Shown here in pieces: positions 37,301-51,401 of a stretch of 64,000 bases of DNA (positions are counted from its first letter, which is position 1; each line of letters opens with the position of its first letter). The stretch spans positions 2,914,001-2,978,000 of the forward strand of contig OZ249446.1 of NCBI GenBank assembly GCA_965235115.1. The letters run 5' to 3'. A program made the position numbers and the translations under genes. The notes beneath the pieces were generated by a model. The model saw only the letters and a program-made list of their open reading frames with translations, ran no database searches and was not told the origin of the DNA. Source of the DNA: Laetmonice hystrix. Lineage: Eukaryota.

Positions 37301-40300
37301 TACGCGGGTGATGGGGCCACATTTCTTATGTGTTATCTGCTCCGAAAGGAAACGCCACCTTTTTATCTATCGGAAACATTTTGGTACCGTAGTGGATAAG
37401 GGTACGCCCCTGTGGAGTCTTGATTGCAAAATGGGTGCTGGGGTAAGTTTGGGAAACACGTTATTGATTGTGCCAGAAGGCAGTATTATTTGTCAAGGTC
37501 AGCGTTTCATTACGCATGCTCCTCACTCGAAACTGTGTCAAGTGGTTGATAGTTACTTCCTGCGTACAGACCACCCTAGAAACGGACAAGTAGGAGCGAA
37601 GAGGCCTATCATTTGCCATAAGACCCACTCATGGGATCAAGGAGTCCAAACAAGTTACAATTTATAGGGGAGATCAGGCACTGCAAGTATACTGAAAGAA
37701 CAATCACAGCCACGCTAATCACATGGATCTGTCATTGGTGATTGTGAGTGAATTGGAGGTTTTACACCCTATCGGCAGTATTTCAACCATATTCAGTGCG
37801 ATATTAAACCATTTAATTCAGTCAAGGGAGTGATGATGAGGTTGAAGTAAGAAGGAAACCTACCACCGGGGGGCAATCCCCTACTCTTTTGGAAAAGATC
37901 GCGAGGGTTCTTTTATTTGTTCATTCACACAGTGATTGAGTAATACTGGGGTTATGCCGTGTCGGCATCTAAGGCCATCTTCACGGCGAAAACATAGTGA
38001 AACTTGAAAAATGTTAGATATTTTATTGTGTCCCGGGTCCCCACGGGAACTGAGCCATGCATACATATCTGGGCATACCAAATCCTTTAATAACCCAATT
38101 GCGGAACACTAGCTGAGGAGGGCCAGCGACCTTTACAAACAACCAGAGCCTGAGCTGGGAATCAAGATGGAAATCATGCATATCCTGATGCCCTGTGCCC
38201 ACATTCATGATGATAACCTAGTGTACTGCCCACGTTTATATTCTGATTTGTCCAACAAGTTGTCTAACAGTACACGTTGATCAATGAATAGTGACGTGCT
38301 CATATAAACTGAGCAAGGGAACGTACGCTTTTCCCAATCATCCTCTCATTTTGGTATCTTTTATTATTTTTGTTCATTACATCTTTATAAAGAGTTCTGA
38401 TAGTTATATTTTCAAGTGAAGTTACATCTTTAAGAGAAAAGTCAGTAACTTTATGGATCCACTGTTTGTCCCTTTCAATTTACTTGGATTCAGTTTAGGG
38501 TCAGGTCCACCCCACGCATGCGTTGGCTTATGCCCGAACCTCTTGCTTGTCCGATAGAAAAAGGAGCATTTAAAGAAGACTGTCGGGTCTTTCTGGCTTA
38601 TTGACAAACCGTGTCTGGTTTTACCAACCTTGCTTTCAAATGTCATCAAACGCAGGCTGTGCGACGGCAAAGACGGTGCCCGGAAGTAGTCATCTGGAAG
38701 CCACCTGGCGGCAGAGTTAATCAATTCTATCGGCGCCGACTTAAACAGCTGCCGCTGCACAGTAGCTGTGCATGGCTTGTTAATTTACCGTTAGCGAGTT
38801 AGGGCACGGCTTTGTGTTTTTCACAGTGAAATCAACCCTGATCTTTTCAAGGCTAATCGATTCAGAAGCTGCATTACCACGACGTCCAATCGCAGCATTC
38901 ATACCATGACCTAGGTCATTGCCGTTTCAATAGAAATCTGGAGTCGGGCTTTCGGAAAATCTTTGCCGTGACGCCAAACATTAACAGCTCCTGGTCCTAC
39001 TTTATATGGTGAGTTTAATTTGTTCCAGACTACTGCTGGATTGTTCAACGGCCTGGCGCGGGCTCCCACTCATACGCCTAATTCCTGCTGGTCACGTTCG
39101 CTAAATACATTTAGGGGTACGGTGGACTATCTAGAGGACATGCGATTAATTTCATACTATTTACGATTTTGTTATAACGATTTTTTCTTGGAAAGCGAAT
39201 TTCTTTTTTTCTAAATTACCACTGCGGTGGTAATTATTCCCACCGCAATGGTGATAATTCCCACTGCGGTGTGAATTATTACCATCGCACTGAGAATGAT
39301 TTACAAACCTTGTGTCTTCTTACATTCACAGTCTTTATTGTTTCTATAATATGCCTCCAATAAATGGGTGTCATGGCCTTACTGCAGCGTATTACTTACA
39401 GAAACAATTTAAATATCCAGATTACTTCTTAATTTGACAGCTATTTCTTTACATTTAAGTGAAACTACTATAATAATCGTTATCGGAGATTTGACATCCG
39501 TACAAAGTGCATTCTGATTTAACCAAGACCAACCAAATGTTATGTGAGAATGCTCAGCTGGCTCCGTTGCAACGCTCTGCCTTCGAACCGCTTGGCCATT
39601 TTCGATAACCGTGTACTAACAGGGGAATTCCCACGCTGAGTTTCAGTGCTGCGCGCCTCTGACAGTCAGCGCCCCTTCCGGAGAGCGGAGGCAAATTCAA
39701 ACTCCTGCTAATTGTCATGTTTTAGCTTCGGTCCGAGTTTTAGTTAACAAAAATCATCATACTGCAGTATTGCAGTAACAGTGTGTCTTCGTATATCTGT
39801 CAATAGGTGACTATAGGGGACAGGTAAGTGTTTTATTCTCGAAGATACTAACGATGCCACTTTAATATCGCCTTTCAGCAGTTTTACCTTACAATGTATA
39901 GTGGTTCCAGAAAGTTTTCACTATAACTACAGCTTGGAAACTGTGGTACATTAAATCACAAAAAAACAATAGTACACTATACGTTCTTTGCGCCAGAGAC
40001 TAAGTGTATTCGAGCAATAAAAGGGTCTGGTAGTAAAGCGATGGTTTCCCAGTGTTTCCAACAGTATAAAGTGACATGCTTTGGCGACAAACTATAGCAC
40101 CAGTATTTCATCTTATCAGATGTTCTCTAACAGAAGTATAGCTCGACACTTGACATTCGATAAAGTTTCCCTTTCATAATGATTCATGAACTATACATGA
40201 CAAGCGGAATTCAAAGCTATTGGTCTCGCGCTACTCAAGCGTTGCCAGCTGGCTTCCAGTGCTGAAAGTGTCTCCATTGACTGGCATGATTCCTAACATG

Positions 40301-41791
40301 AATTGTCTATTTACTAACGTACCGCTGCTTCATAACACAAATGATATAACTATAATATTTCAGTGCTATTGAACGCTCTCTTTCATGTAGTCTCCAAGAT
40401 TGATTCCCTAGGGGGTGGGGAGATCCCAATGGCTGGCGGTCTCGGATGTCAACATTAAAGAGTCTCTAATTCATCCCTTGTGGTGGAAATATTGACACGG
40501 TCGGCATAATAACAAGCCGAGTCTAGATCTATTGTGTAATTTAAAAATAGCATGGTGCATGAATTGGTAGGCGTCGCTGAAGGCAAAGTTTTGATTGATG
40601 AGAGTTGATGAGATTTTGGGGAGTTTTCCATTCCGCCGGCATATATTCTTACAAGGCTCTAGGGAGTGCACTCAAGGGGGTTCAGAGTTTTCATCAAACA
40701 TTATCTTAACATTACATTAACATTATCCGAAACAGTTAACAGAAGTTACCTGGTCACGCAGACCAACGCTTTATCGAATCACTTAACACCTATCTTTTAA
40801 AGGTTATTGTCATGCAGTCTCCGCAACGTAAAAAAAAATCAAGAAAAAAATCGGAAATATATGAGGTCTTTGGAGTGAGATTTCTCGCGACTTCTCCAGT
40901 CAGATCAACATACATTCAAAGTAGGTTTGTGGACTTCACTTCATGGACCCTTTGAAAACATCACTTCTGCTATACTTCTACTTTACAAAGGGTGTGACTC
41001 GTGCTGTTCCTAATGCATGAAATCCATCGGGACATTCCCTCACGAACTCACTAGGATACTCTCGGGTACACATACGTCAAGCCAGCATTGTGGGCTGAAC
41101 CGATTCTATTTCTATCTGTTATCTCGGGGTCATGGCTCACTATCGTTATCGGCTTGTCACTTATGTCAAATGTGTAGGCCTTTCCTGCCCTGCTGTAACG
41201 AAACGTTCCATAAAGAGATTATTTAAACATCTTTACAATGCAAGCTGATTTCCTCATTTCCCATCAGGATATGCCGCTCCCTTGAAGGTTCTGGCAGGAC
41301 TTTGGATTCGGCGTTAGACCTTTTTCATGGCAAGCGACAATGCATTTACGGAAGGCGTTCAATCTCTGAGGTGACGAGAACGCTAATCCCCATTTCCCTC
41401 TACTTCAGATGCCTTATTACCAAGAACCTTAGTGCCGTAAATACCATCATGGCCACCCAGTAAACTACGAAGTACATTTTTTTTAAACTATATTACATCA
41501 GTATTCATAGCCTTTTGTCTAATGGACGCAAAGCTCCTCAAGAGATACTGCCCGGACACTGGAGAAGTGTGCAATTTCCTTCAAACTAGATTATGGCCAG
41601 TTGTCTTTAGACTCAGAAATTAATATGAGAACTAGGGGTTACCGACCTAACCTGTGAGATAGCATAGCCATGGTGAAATAATGACATGTCCTTACAAATT
41701 CTAACTATTTCGGGGGTAAATATTCACAGATCTTGAAATGTAAAACGTGAATGAACATTTAGTTCAATTTTGTCACCTTGCGTGCGAGCAC

Positions 41792-42097
41792 NNNNNNNNN
41801 NNNNNNNNNNNNNNNNNNNNNNNNNNNNNNNNNNNNNNNNNNNNNNNNNNNNNNNNNNNNNNNNNNNNNNNNNNNNNNNNNNNNNNNNNNNNNNNNNNNN
41901 NNNNNNNNNNNNNNNNNNNNNNNNNNNNNNNNNNNNNNNNNNNNNNNNNNNNNNNNNNNNNNNNNNNNNNNNNNNNNNNNNNNNNNNNNNNNNNNNNNNN
42001 NNNNNNNNNNNNNNNNNNNNNNNNNNNNNNNNNNNNNNNNNNNNNNNNNNNNNNNNNNNNNNNNNNNNNNNNNNNNNNNNNNNNNNNNNNNNNNNNN
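41792..42097. other. Assembly gap (306 N)
   Basis: Run of N. Confidence 1.
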
Positions 42098-42249
42098 AAA
42101 GGGCCCATTGTCTGTCGGGTCCTCATGGATACTGCCGAAAAAGCGTAACAACCCTCACTGACTGAGCAAGTGTTTGCAGTCCCACGCCGCAACAAAGGCC
42201 ATCTCCACAGGAAAAACAAGGCCACACACCGGAAAACAGAACAAAAGGA

Positions 42250-42375
42250 TCCCGCAGAATCCCACGTCAGGGAACGTCGGATTTTGCAATCCGACACTGG
42301 CCCCCTCGCCCCATTTGTCGCCTTTTACGAAGAGCCAGGGGTTAAGCTGAGGATCATTCTTACCCCTGATCCCCA
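42250..42375 (-). mobile_element. MetaSINE-like fragment
   Basis: The minus strand reads ...TCTTCGTAAAAGGCGACAAATGGGGCG...GCAAAATCCGACGTTCCCTG. This resembles my recollection of mollusc Meta-domain SINEs (GTCGTAAGAGGCGACTAAA...GCAAAAACCGAGGTCCCGTG). Paralogue at 7316-7375. Confidence 0.6.
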
Positions 42376-43599
42376 AGGAGGGTGGGTTTCATAAGGAACA
42401 TTATTCAATGGCCAACAAAACGTGCTAACATCTCACCCCAAAGCAGTTTAGGTAGTTGCCGTGCCAGCTTAATTAAGAAAAGTGACACCAGGGTTTTACA
42501 GATTCTGACCAACGCTACCAGTAATGGTGAAGGATGAACTGATCAGAAGGTAGCGGTGTAGACAATGGGTTACAGCTGTGGATAAGTTGCCCAGAGTGGG
42601 TGTTTTGCTGTGGTGGTCACTTTAGACGTGAGCCGGGTAGACCACAGATTAGCATGACGAATGAATATAGCAGATAAAGCATTCCCTAAGCCCCTGAAGT
42701 ATGCACCTGGGGCCCATATCGCGTATCGCGAAAGGGCTTCCAATTTGGAGTGGTGTACAGTTACATATATCTAACAATTCTGAATTAGGACGATGTCAAG
42801 ACTACTTCAGTTCTAACAATTATTAAAGAATGCATTAATGTATGACTGTATGATTGGAGCGTTATGACTATAAAAGCATCCTCCATGTTAGAGTAGGCCT
42901 ACCCTACAATAAATCAAACGAACTATTGCACCTCATGAAACGCCCATAACCTCTGAACTACGAGCCGATCTCGGATAACAAAATGATGTACTGTTCCTCC
43001 TTGGTTTCAATAAATACGGCATTGTAGATTTGAAGGGACTCCAGTTTTATGTCCCGCTGGCCCGGATCCCTTTGAAGAAGACATGACACAGTTAAGCCAT
43101 GTGACTGGGCCAGTGGGCGCATCGATATATCAAAAGGTATACCATCAATAATAAGCTTCATGTAGAATCTATCATGCTTATCCTGGATGAAAAACAATAT
43201 ATTCGTTTCTCTTTTGTCTCGCCCCCTCTCTCTTCCATATATCATTTCTTTCTCCACCAATCTTTCTGTCTTTGATCCTCCCATATTTCACCTGCCCTCC
43301 CTTCATTGCAATACAAGTCGAATGTTAAAAATGAGGTAATGATGGAATGAGATGGTATGAGTTCTAAACTCCATTATAATCACCCTGCGAACAAAAACAA
43401 ACTATACGTGCACGTTTGAAGTCCAGAATTGCGAAGAACTCGGCAGGGTATAAAACTAAATGGAATGGAATGACCTCCGGCGCCAGCGATGCATGGAATT
43501 TCACTCTATAATAATTCTTGGATGGCCGTCCATGTTTCTGGAAATGGTTTGAATCCTTTAATCTCAAAATCACATTAAAATAAAAGGGTGATGTCAAAA

Positions 43600-43648
43600 T
43601 CGCATAGTCGTCGCAAGGGAAATCGCCTGAGTGGATCAGGCTCTCGCG
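43600..43648. mobile_element. Isolated end of a related Harbinger-like element
   Basis: AAAATCGCA...CGCAAG...GAGTGGATCA resembles the right end of 43883-44480. Confidence 0.4.
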
Positions 43649-43882
43649 ACGTTTGGTTACGAAGGTTATGCACCTGCACAGTCCAGGAGCATCTTGACTT
43701 AAGTTTCCTCTCTCACTCTGTCTCTTCCACTCTTTCTGTTTAACAGCTGCTCCTCTGTCCTCAGACGGTTACCGAGATGTACGTATTGGGGACCGGCCAG
43801 CACCGGGGTGTATGGAGCTATTATTTTGTGCGATATTTCCGGTCCTGATACCCACTTTTCTGTATGTAACTGCTCTTTCTTA

Positions 43883-44480
43883 TGGATGTGATCCACTTGC
43901 GTTGCGATGCTTCCGATTCACCCTTTGCGCGGTCTTACGAGTTCTTCCGAGGACAAAATTCCAAATCGGGAATGCACGCAAGCATTTTAAGTGAATCACG
44001 CATTACGTGAGTTCACGAGTGTTCCGAGGGCTTCAGACGTCCTACGAGTGCCAGAGCGCTCTCGGGGACCTCCTTACGAGCAGATCAAAAATGTTTGATA
44101 TTATCGGAAGAGTGCATAGTGCGCGTGGCCTCGCGTAAGATATCGGAAGATACATAAAGAGTTCGTAAGCACTCGGATGAGCGCAGAACCCAAAAACTTC
44201 TTCCATTTCTTGTTCCTCACCTTCGGCCAAAAAGACGAAGGTGAGGGCAATTAGTGCGACCCCCTCGGAATCCATTTTGATGTCCTCTGACAATCGGAAG
44301 AGCTCTTAAGACCCTATACAAGTGAATTATGCTTTTCGATTTTCTGTGCTTACGCGGGTTACGCAAGCCTACGATTCCTTACGCGGCCGTACGAGCACTT
44401 TTACGTACTTCCGAAGCTTCCGAGAGAGAAAAAAATCGTAGACGCGCGGAAGCCATCGCAACGTAAGTGGATCACGTCTA
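43883..44480 (-). mobile_element. 598-bp non-autonomous PIF/Harbinger-type element
   Basis: TIR cores GTGATCCACTTGCGTTGCGATG(C)TTCCG (from 43888) and CGGAAGCCATCGCAACGTAAGTGGATCAC (to 44475). TTA flanks both sides (43880-43882, 44481-44483). CTTACG/CCGAG subterminal motifs. The internal minus-strand frame MDSEGVALIALTFVFLAEGEEQEMEE resembles the hydrophobic-then-acidic start of Harbinger transposases. Confidence 0.8.
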
Positions 44481-46818
44481 TTATACAGACACCTCACCGT
44501 ATTTAACGATGTCGGCGCCGCCACATTTCAACTCCCGTGACTTACAAATAGTCATTTCAGGTAGCGATGCGACTTAATGGGGGCAAAAGGTCGACCTGGC
44601 TTGGTTTCTAAACAACCAGACGGCAGTTCTGCTTCGGAAATGTTCGGCAATGTTCATCGGCCACAAAATAAATCTGGTGCTTCACCCACTCACACAGAAG
44701 AAACTCGGCAGGATCACAGATTCGCAGGAGTAAACAGTCTACGAATATAGTCACGCTCAGCTGGAATTTTGTAATTTTCATAAATAAGCTTTGATTAGCA
44801 TTGATTCAGAGTTTCCGGTTCTTATGTTCAGGACCTACAGGCAAGAATGATCAAATTCCGTTAATTGCAATAATATTGGCCTACACTCTAATATTATTGT
44901 ATTCAGTGTTTGATTGTCACGGATTGTCCAAACCGGCAATTTCCGCCATTGGACTTTCAAATTGTGTAGATCGTCATTCAATCATGACTAACTGTATATC
45001 ATTACTTTCTTTTCTCATAGGGATTGTGGGGGTCCACACTTTATTGTCCATGATTGACCACAAATAGTAGTAACTTGTCAATGTGGCTCTTCCTGTACAT
45101 TCCCAGAGTCAGCAGTGTGCACACCATTGCGCTCACTGAACACGTTTGGGTTCGCCTTTGTGGCCGGGGTGGAGAGAAGCGGCCTGCATGGCGGAAACCT
45201 CTTGGGCTAATAACAGGTCAACCATAGAGGCGCGGTTTCCGGTAAATGGCGTAGAAATTCGCCGCCCTCCTTCGAGCACTACACATTCTATTGAAAACCC
45301 TCCAAATACAATGCCGCAAGGCAATTCTTGTTCTGGTCCTAGCTTGTTCATGATCGTCTTCGTTTGAACTTACATACATATAATAGACCATTAGGGGCAC
45401 ATCCCCCTGTCGCTCTGAGAAAATAAAACACATCTGACTGGAGAAATTCCCGTGTTTAGGGAAAAGGGTTAATAACGCTGTATACATGCGTATTTCTCCC
45501 ACATAAGAGCTGTCGCATATCATCGGTATAGGAATCAGAAGTATATTAAAAACCCCTGTTTGATATGCACCTGTCAGGGAAAAGACAACATCCTGATTTT
45601 CTTTAATGAATTTCATCAACTCTTTATTATCCCAGACGAATGTTGTCGGATCTTTTCATGAGACAAATTTATCCAATTCAATTCAGGCCTGACCTTAAAC
45701 GCCAATTTCTCCCATCAAGGACGCTCTGTTGTAATTGAATTAAATATAATATTCCTGTATGAAGAGAAATAGGTACCATCTCCAAAGCCCGTACTCCATT
45801 TATCAAACTTATAACTACCTCTCAATATAACCGTTCCTGTCTGACGCCTTATAAAATGGAATTACCTGTCTTAATCACACACGCTCTTCTGGTGTTGCAC
45901 AAGCAGAGCTAAAGTTGTGAAGGATTTCCCACTCTGCTTCCGCTTTTAAAAATTACAAAGACGTACATCTTAGCACTACACCCGGAACTCACGTGTCGAA
46001 GAGGAAAAGGCCGTGAACTGTGAGCAGTGTGCAAAACGAGGCTGTGTCACAGTGGGACAAGGCAATGAATTATTGAGTCTCCATGACAACCGGGCGATGC
46101 GCAACAGACAGAAAGAAAGGATACAGGGTGGCGGCATTGCTCGAGCGGCTGGCCCCTGAGGACCGTCCTATTCTTGGAGTTGGCAATTCCACCAGAAAAG
46201 TTTTCACTATACGCAATTGACCAAAAGTCTAAGAAATAGGGTTATCCTATAATCAAGCTTGCACACAGGTCGCAATCAGCCAGAGAAATTAAGGCATATT
46301 CGCAACAAGCAATGCCTGATTAAAAGTACACTTTTCATATACTAATTTTTCGTTATTTACAGGATATATTATTGACAATATATTAGACTGATGTCTATCA
46401 GATTCATTTATATTACATGAAATGTGTTCTTAGAATGCTGTGATGAGGGCAGTTAACAACAACATTAGATCACTACTTCTAAAATACCTTTAAACGTTGA
46501 TAACCTGTACACCGCAAAAATCGAAATGGTTAATGTAAGTAGAAAAGATTCCACAAGAACAAGCGGCGCCGGGCGGATGGAAATTGAATTGCTTCATGGA
46601 GCAATTCTTCCTGGATGCCGTCAAAATGATATACCCAGCCATTGGGTCATTTCAGAAGTAACAGAAGTAACTTTAAATTTACCCGTCGGTCGTTGATTTG
46701 ATAATACAGACGGAACTAAAAACAGTTTACAGTTGATTGCCCGCGTCCCATTCTCTGATTATCACGACAAAGTGCTGCAGTCGAGGCGCCAGAAAATGCC
46801 ATCCATTCTATCCAAACT

Positions 46819-47230
46819 NNNNNNNNNNNNNNNNNNNNNNNNNNNNNNNNNNNNNNNNNNNNNNNNNNNNNNNNNNNNNNNNNNNNNNNNNNNNNNNNNN
46901 NNNNNNNNNNNNNNNNNNNNNNNNNNNNNNNNNNNNNNNNNNNNNNNNNNNNNNNNNNNNNNNNNNNNNNNNNNNNNNNNNNNNNNNNNNNNNNNNNNNN
47001 NNNNNNNNNNNNNNNNNNNNNNNNNNNNNNNNNNNNNNNNNNNNNNNNNNNNNNNNNNNNNNNNNNNNNNNNNNNNNNNNNNNNNNNNNNNNNNNNNNNN
47101 NNNNNNNNNNNNNNNNNNNNNNNNNNNNNNNNNNNNNNNNNNNNNNNNNNNNNNNNNNNNNNNNNNNNNNNNNNNNNNNNNNNNNNNNNNNNNNNNNNNN
47201 NNNNNNNNNNNNNNNNNNNNNNNNNNNNNN
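46819..47230. other. Assembly gap (412 N)
   Basis: Run of N. Confidence 1.
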
Positions 47231-47765
47231 TCATAAAGATGAGACAATCGGGGTTTTTTTTCATTTAACATCCTTACAATCGCTCCATGAGGTCGGATTT
47301 CTATACTTGTTCAATGAATTAACCGGGAAAAAGCAGGGGCTGAGAATGTGAGTGTGTTGATGTGGATGTCTTTGTGTAATTAAAGACGAATAATGCCAGG
47401 CTCCGTCCGCACACAAAAGAAGAGATTGAAACCTTTCCCGAAAAGACGTTATCTAAAAACAGAATTTTGGCGTTCTGAACGACGGAAGATAATGGTGATA
47501 AAAAGAAGGGCAGTATTCTGAAACGAGGCTGCCGCAGCGTGTGTCTGGGCTGTGCTAGCCGATATTTGACCATGGATATATATACTGAAACTGATGAGAC
47601 CGGCGTCTCAGGTGGCACGTCCATCATCAGCAGTTCAAACTGGACGCAGCGGACGGTACGGACCAACAGACAGTACGTGCCTCCCACCCTCTCTGAGACG
47701 GTCCTCGTGCGGTGACAATCTCTCAGAAATCGGATCTGTTTCCAACAGCAAGGCCTCGTCATTAC

Positions 47766-47939
47766 CGTATTTATAGCCTCATCGCCATAAATAAACTGGT
47801 CACAAATTGGACCCCGCCAGACATCATCACGATTGCTTGCCACACCCCAGCTTACGTCGTAATATCCAAATACGTTTTTCCTTGAGTTGAGAATTACGAG
47901 TTCGTCGTACCAGGGTGGCTTCCTTGCCACATGGGCCAC
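47766..47939 (-). CDS. Candidate exon at the start of the longest non-repeat ORF (206 codons), product unknown
   Basis: The ORF starts right after a TAG acceptor with a (CT)n tract upstream. In-frame donors lie at 47855 (GAC|GTAAGC) and 47765 (ACG|GTAATG). Confidence 0.35.
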
Positions 47940-50710
47940 CTAGATACATTCCTGGGAGCATTTAAGCTAAGAGGCATTAATATGGGAGAGAGAAGAGAGA
48001 GAGAGAGGACAACATCTTTTCCTATTTCTAACTCTATGATTTGAGCAATATTATGAGGAAATGTACGTATTAACAAAGCAGGGATTGAGCGAAATAGAGA
48101 GAGGAAGTGGGAAGGCCTGTACAAAAACGGCGGGTTGTATCAAGGAATTACAGTTTTCACTCATGTCATGGACGTCCACATGTAAGGGAAGCTAATTCAG
48201 CCCCGGGAGACATCAACCTTAAGCCAAGCCGGAACAAAGCACAGAGCATGCGTACTGTAGTGATAAATCATCTACCACGTGCTATCTTGGGAAAGCCACG
48301 TTGCCGGGATATAAAAACCGGCATGATTTGACTACGTCTGTGCGGACTGTGTCCTGGATGTGTAAACACCCAGCCCATTCCGAATTCCCAATCGTAATTT
48401 TCCGTTTCGTCTTTTCGTGTCGAATTCTATGTTGTGAAGTGTCACTATTGTGTGAGGGATCAGGGGGAAGGTTTGCTTCACAACTTTTGGAAACTCGAGC
48501 CTCGCGTGAATAATATCTATATGTAGTACGACTCGTCAGTCTTATAAGATATGGGAAGAACGAGGTACTACCATGGAATATCCAAAGTGATAACTATATT
48601 TAGAAAACTCGCATCTGGGAAGGGATTCAGGGACTTATTTTTGAAGTAGAAGCGTGGACCATAAAATACGCCCTGTGCATTCTTTCCCGTTGGTTACACG
48701 TAGTGACACATTCTGTCGAGCTGACCACGTTCAATAACGTCCACCTGCTGAGGATGTCAGTGTGTAAGCAGCCTGGACAGGAGCCAATCACACCACACTT
48801 GTCAAAGACAGCAGGCCTTGTTAGCCTCATTCTGGCTATCGTTTCCCAAGAGGCCTGAACTGTCCGGTTCCTTGAAATTTACGGCCACTGAATCGCACGG
48901 CATGCTGCCAACCAGGCCATTAATATTATCTGTGTTAACCCGTTCCGTATGCTAAAGAACATCTGGTTCTTTTGTCCTAACGGGGTTCAGGACGCCCCAA
49001 TGCACATTTTCAAATGTGTGCAATTAGCAGTGTAATAAATTACGCACCCTCGAGCCTGACGAGGGTCTCTTGCAATAATTGCCACAATAGTATCACTACT
49101 CGATTCGTTCATGGTGACATATGGGTACACATGTTACACTTGCTTTGGGCACTTCAAAAACCGATCACTGTAAATCATTCCCTAATTCAGCCCATGTTAG
49201 GCATTAATCAGGCCAGGTGTAGCCAGCCAATGAAAAGCCTGAAGCAAACTAAATAAGATCCTTACCTTATAAAAGCCTGACCCGAAGCCAGTCAGCGGTA
49301 TCGGGTTGGATAAAACAGAACGGGAGGCAAACAACGTTTCCAAGCGCTCTTCGGTAACTCACGGATATGGAGGACTGGGAACTACTTCCGGTAATATAGT
49401 AGTACCCTGTCACAGAGGACGAAGGACGACGCGATGAAGGTCCAGCCTGTGGCTATTGACTCGCTATTAAACAGAGTATACGTAATGAGTTGGTTGTGGT
49501 GGGTTGATGGTTTTACGTCCCTATGTCGCATCCCCAGCAACGGGAAGACGTCATTTTTCCATTTTTCTTTTCTGTCCAGTGGGTTAATCAGATGAGACAG
49601 GAGAAACCCAGACACCGGGATTAAGCCTTTATCTTATCGACAAGTGGCAAGGGGTGACACAACAGTCCACCCCTGGCCCTGGTTTCTAGTTTGCAAACCA
49701 AATGTTAAGATTCAAATCTTAAGATTGAACTCTTCAGAGCTTCTGATTGGTCCTTCAAATGAAGTCAGCCAATGAGAGACCATAACACAAGTCTGTTAGA
49801 GCATCCCTGCACTGGTAGTACAAGTGGTGAGATCCCCTTGACCTGATATTAGCCTACAGATCACCGGCCGAGATGGACGCCTTCATAAAGAGACAATTTG
49901 TTTTGGGAAAGCTGTTTGGAGGCCTTGGTGCCTTACTTAAGTGGCCAGACAAATGCCTGCTTCTTCGTGATATACGGTAAAATATTATCTTGGACCTTTT
50001 GGCATAGGGTCTTATCCACTGATTCCGAAAATGTATGGGTGTGGTTGGGACCATAACAAATAAGGCACCTAATATATGAGCAGATACAAACATATCGCAA
50101 TATGTTTTCCGATTTTTGTTTACTATGGCCTCCACAAACTCCTTCATAGTGTCAAAATTGTGGCGCCGGCCGACCATTCGGGCGGCTTAATGGATACGGC
50201 CCTTAATTCAATAAATGTGCAATGATTAGGAGTTCTGCTGACCATGGCCTGACCTGAAACCCATAGGTCAGGGCATCGGGAGCTATATCTAGCCCAGAGA
50301 GCATGCTCTCGACAAACTGAGGTTCCTAGGGTTACAGGAAGTAATGGATCAACCATGCATGTGCCCAAGTAACTAATTAGTGTGGCATGGAGTAGCACGT
50401 GCAGTGGGTGTTTGCCAGGTGATGCAGGGCGTGTGCAATTTGTCAATTAAAGGTCGTCTGACCCTACAGTGGTAGACTGGTGGTTCATCGTCCTGCGGGA
50501 TGCTGTTGACCAGCCACAGTACAATAACGAGTCTCCCTTTTTTTATTCAGACGATTTAGGATCATAACATTGACACACGGGAACCCCACACACCGGGGCA
50601 GCGACCTGGTCCCTTCGACAAGACCAGGAGTGATTATGGTTCTTTTTCGTGCAATTGCAGAGATAGAAGGTTCGGTGTCAAAATATCGCCATGGTCTCAT
50701 TGTCACGGGG

Positions 50711-50711
50711 A

Positions 50712-50764
<53 letters not shown>

Positions 50765-50800
50765 GAGAGAGCGACAGGCAGAGACAGAGACAGAGACAGG
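50711..50800. repeat. (GA)n microsatellite with GACA variants
   Basis: Long AG run. Confidence 0.97.
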
Positions 50801-51292
50801 CGGAGAGAGGTGCGCGTTGTTCGCCAACTGCTTGGAGCGAGATTCAGAGACAAGAAGCCAGCACGTTTATGTAAAGCCCTTTATGTCGTGCCGATTGCTC
50901 TTTGACTTCTGGCTGTAAGACCACCGCTGAACTAGACCTGCCTACAATAAGATGATAAGATAATTTTGTACAGTCTACCCACAGATACATGAAAGTCGTT
51001 AAAAGAAAATCCAGACAATGACGGATGAAACAACACTCGAGCAAACCTCCAAGTTTCCGAATATGGATACTTTTTTTTAGATATATAGGATCTTATTGAA
51101 TTCCCTGTGTTCGCCATTAGGACCTGTGAGTCTGTCCTAGGGCCCCAGGGCTCCTTTGATCATTCTCTGTTTAGCGTCGAATGGGAGTGATCATTTTATT
51201 TCAGTCATCAGGGGCTGACGTTGAGAGAATCCAAATCATCTGATATACATGTACCTCGGTAAGTTTTTTAATTACGTGACGCCCACCGGACG

Positions 51293-51401
51293 TCAGCCAA
51301 ATGTGAGGTCGTCCTTGGAGGCCATCTTGAAGTCAGAGAGTCGTTCATCATAATTGTACATCGTCTCACGGCAGTGTGTGTCCTCGCAATCAGTCTTTAT
51401 A
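51293..51401 (-). CDS. Candidate terminal coding exon (IKTDCEDTHCRETMYNYDERLSDFKMASKDDLTFG*)
   Basis: CTTTACATCAG acceptor, strongly coding-like codons, ends in TGA. Confidence 0.4.

Noticed and set aside
41747-47351. ORFs containing X runs
   Set aside because: They merely span assembly gaps.
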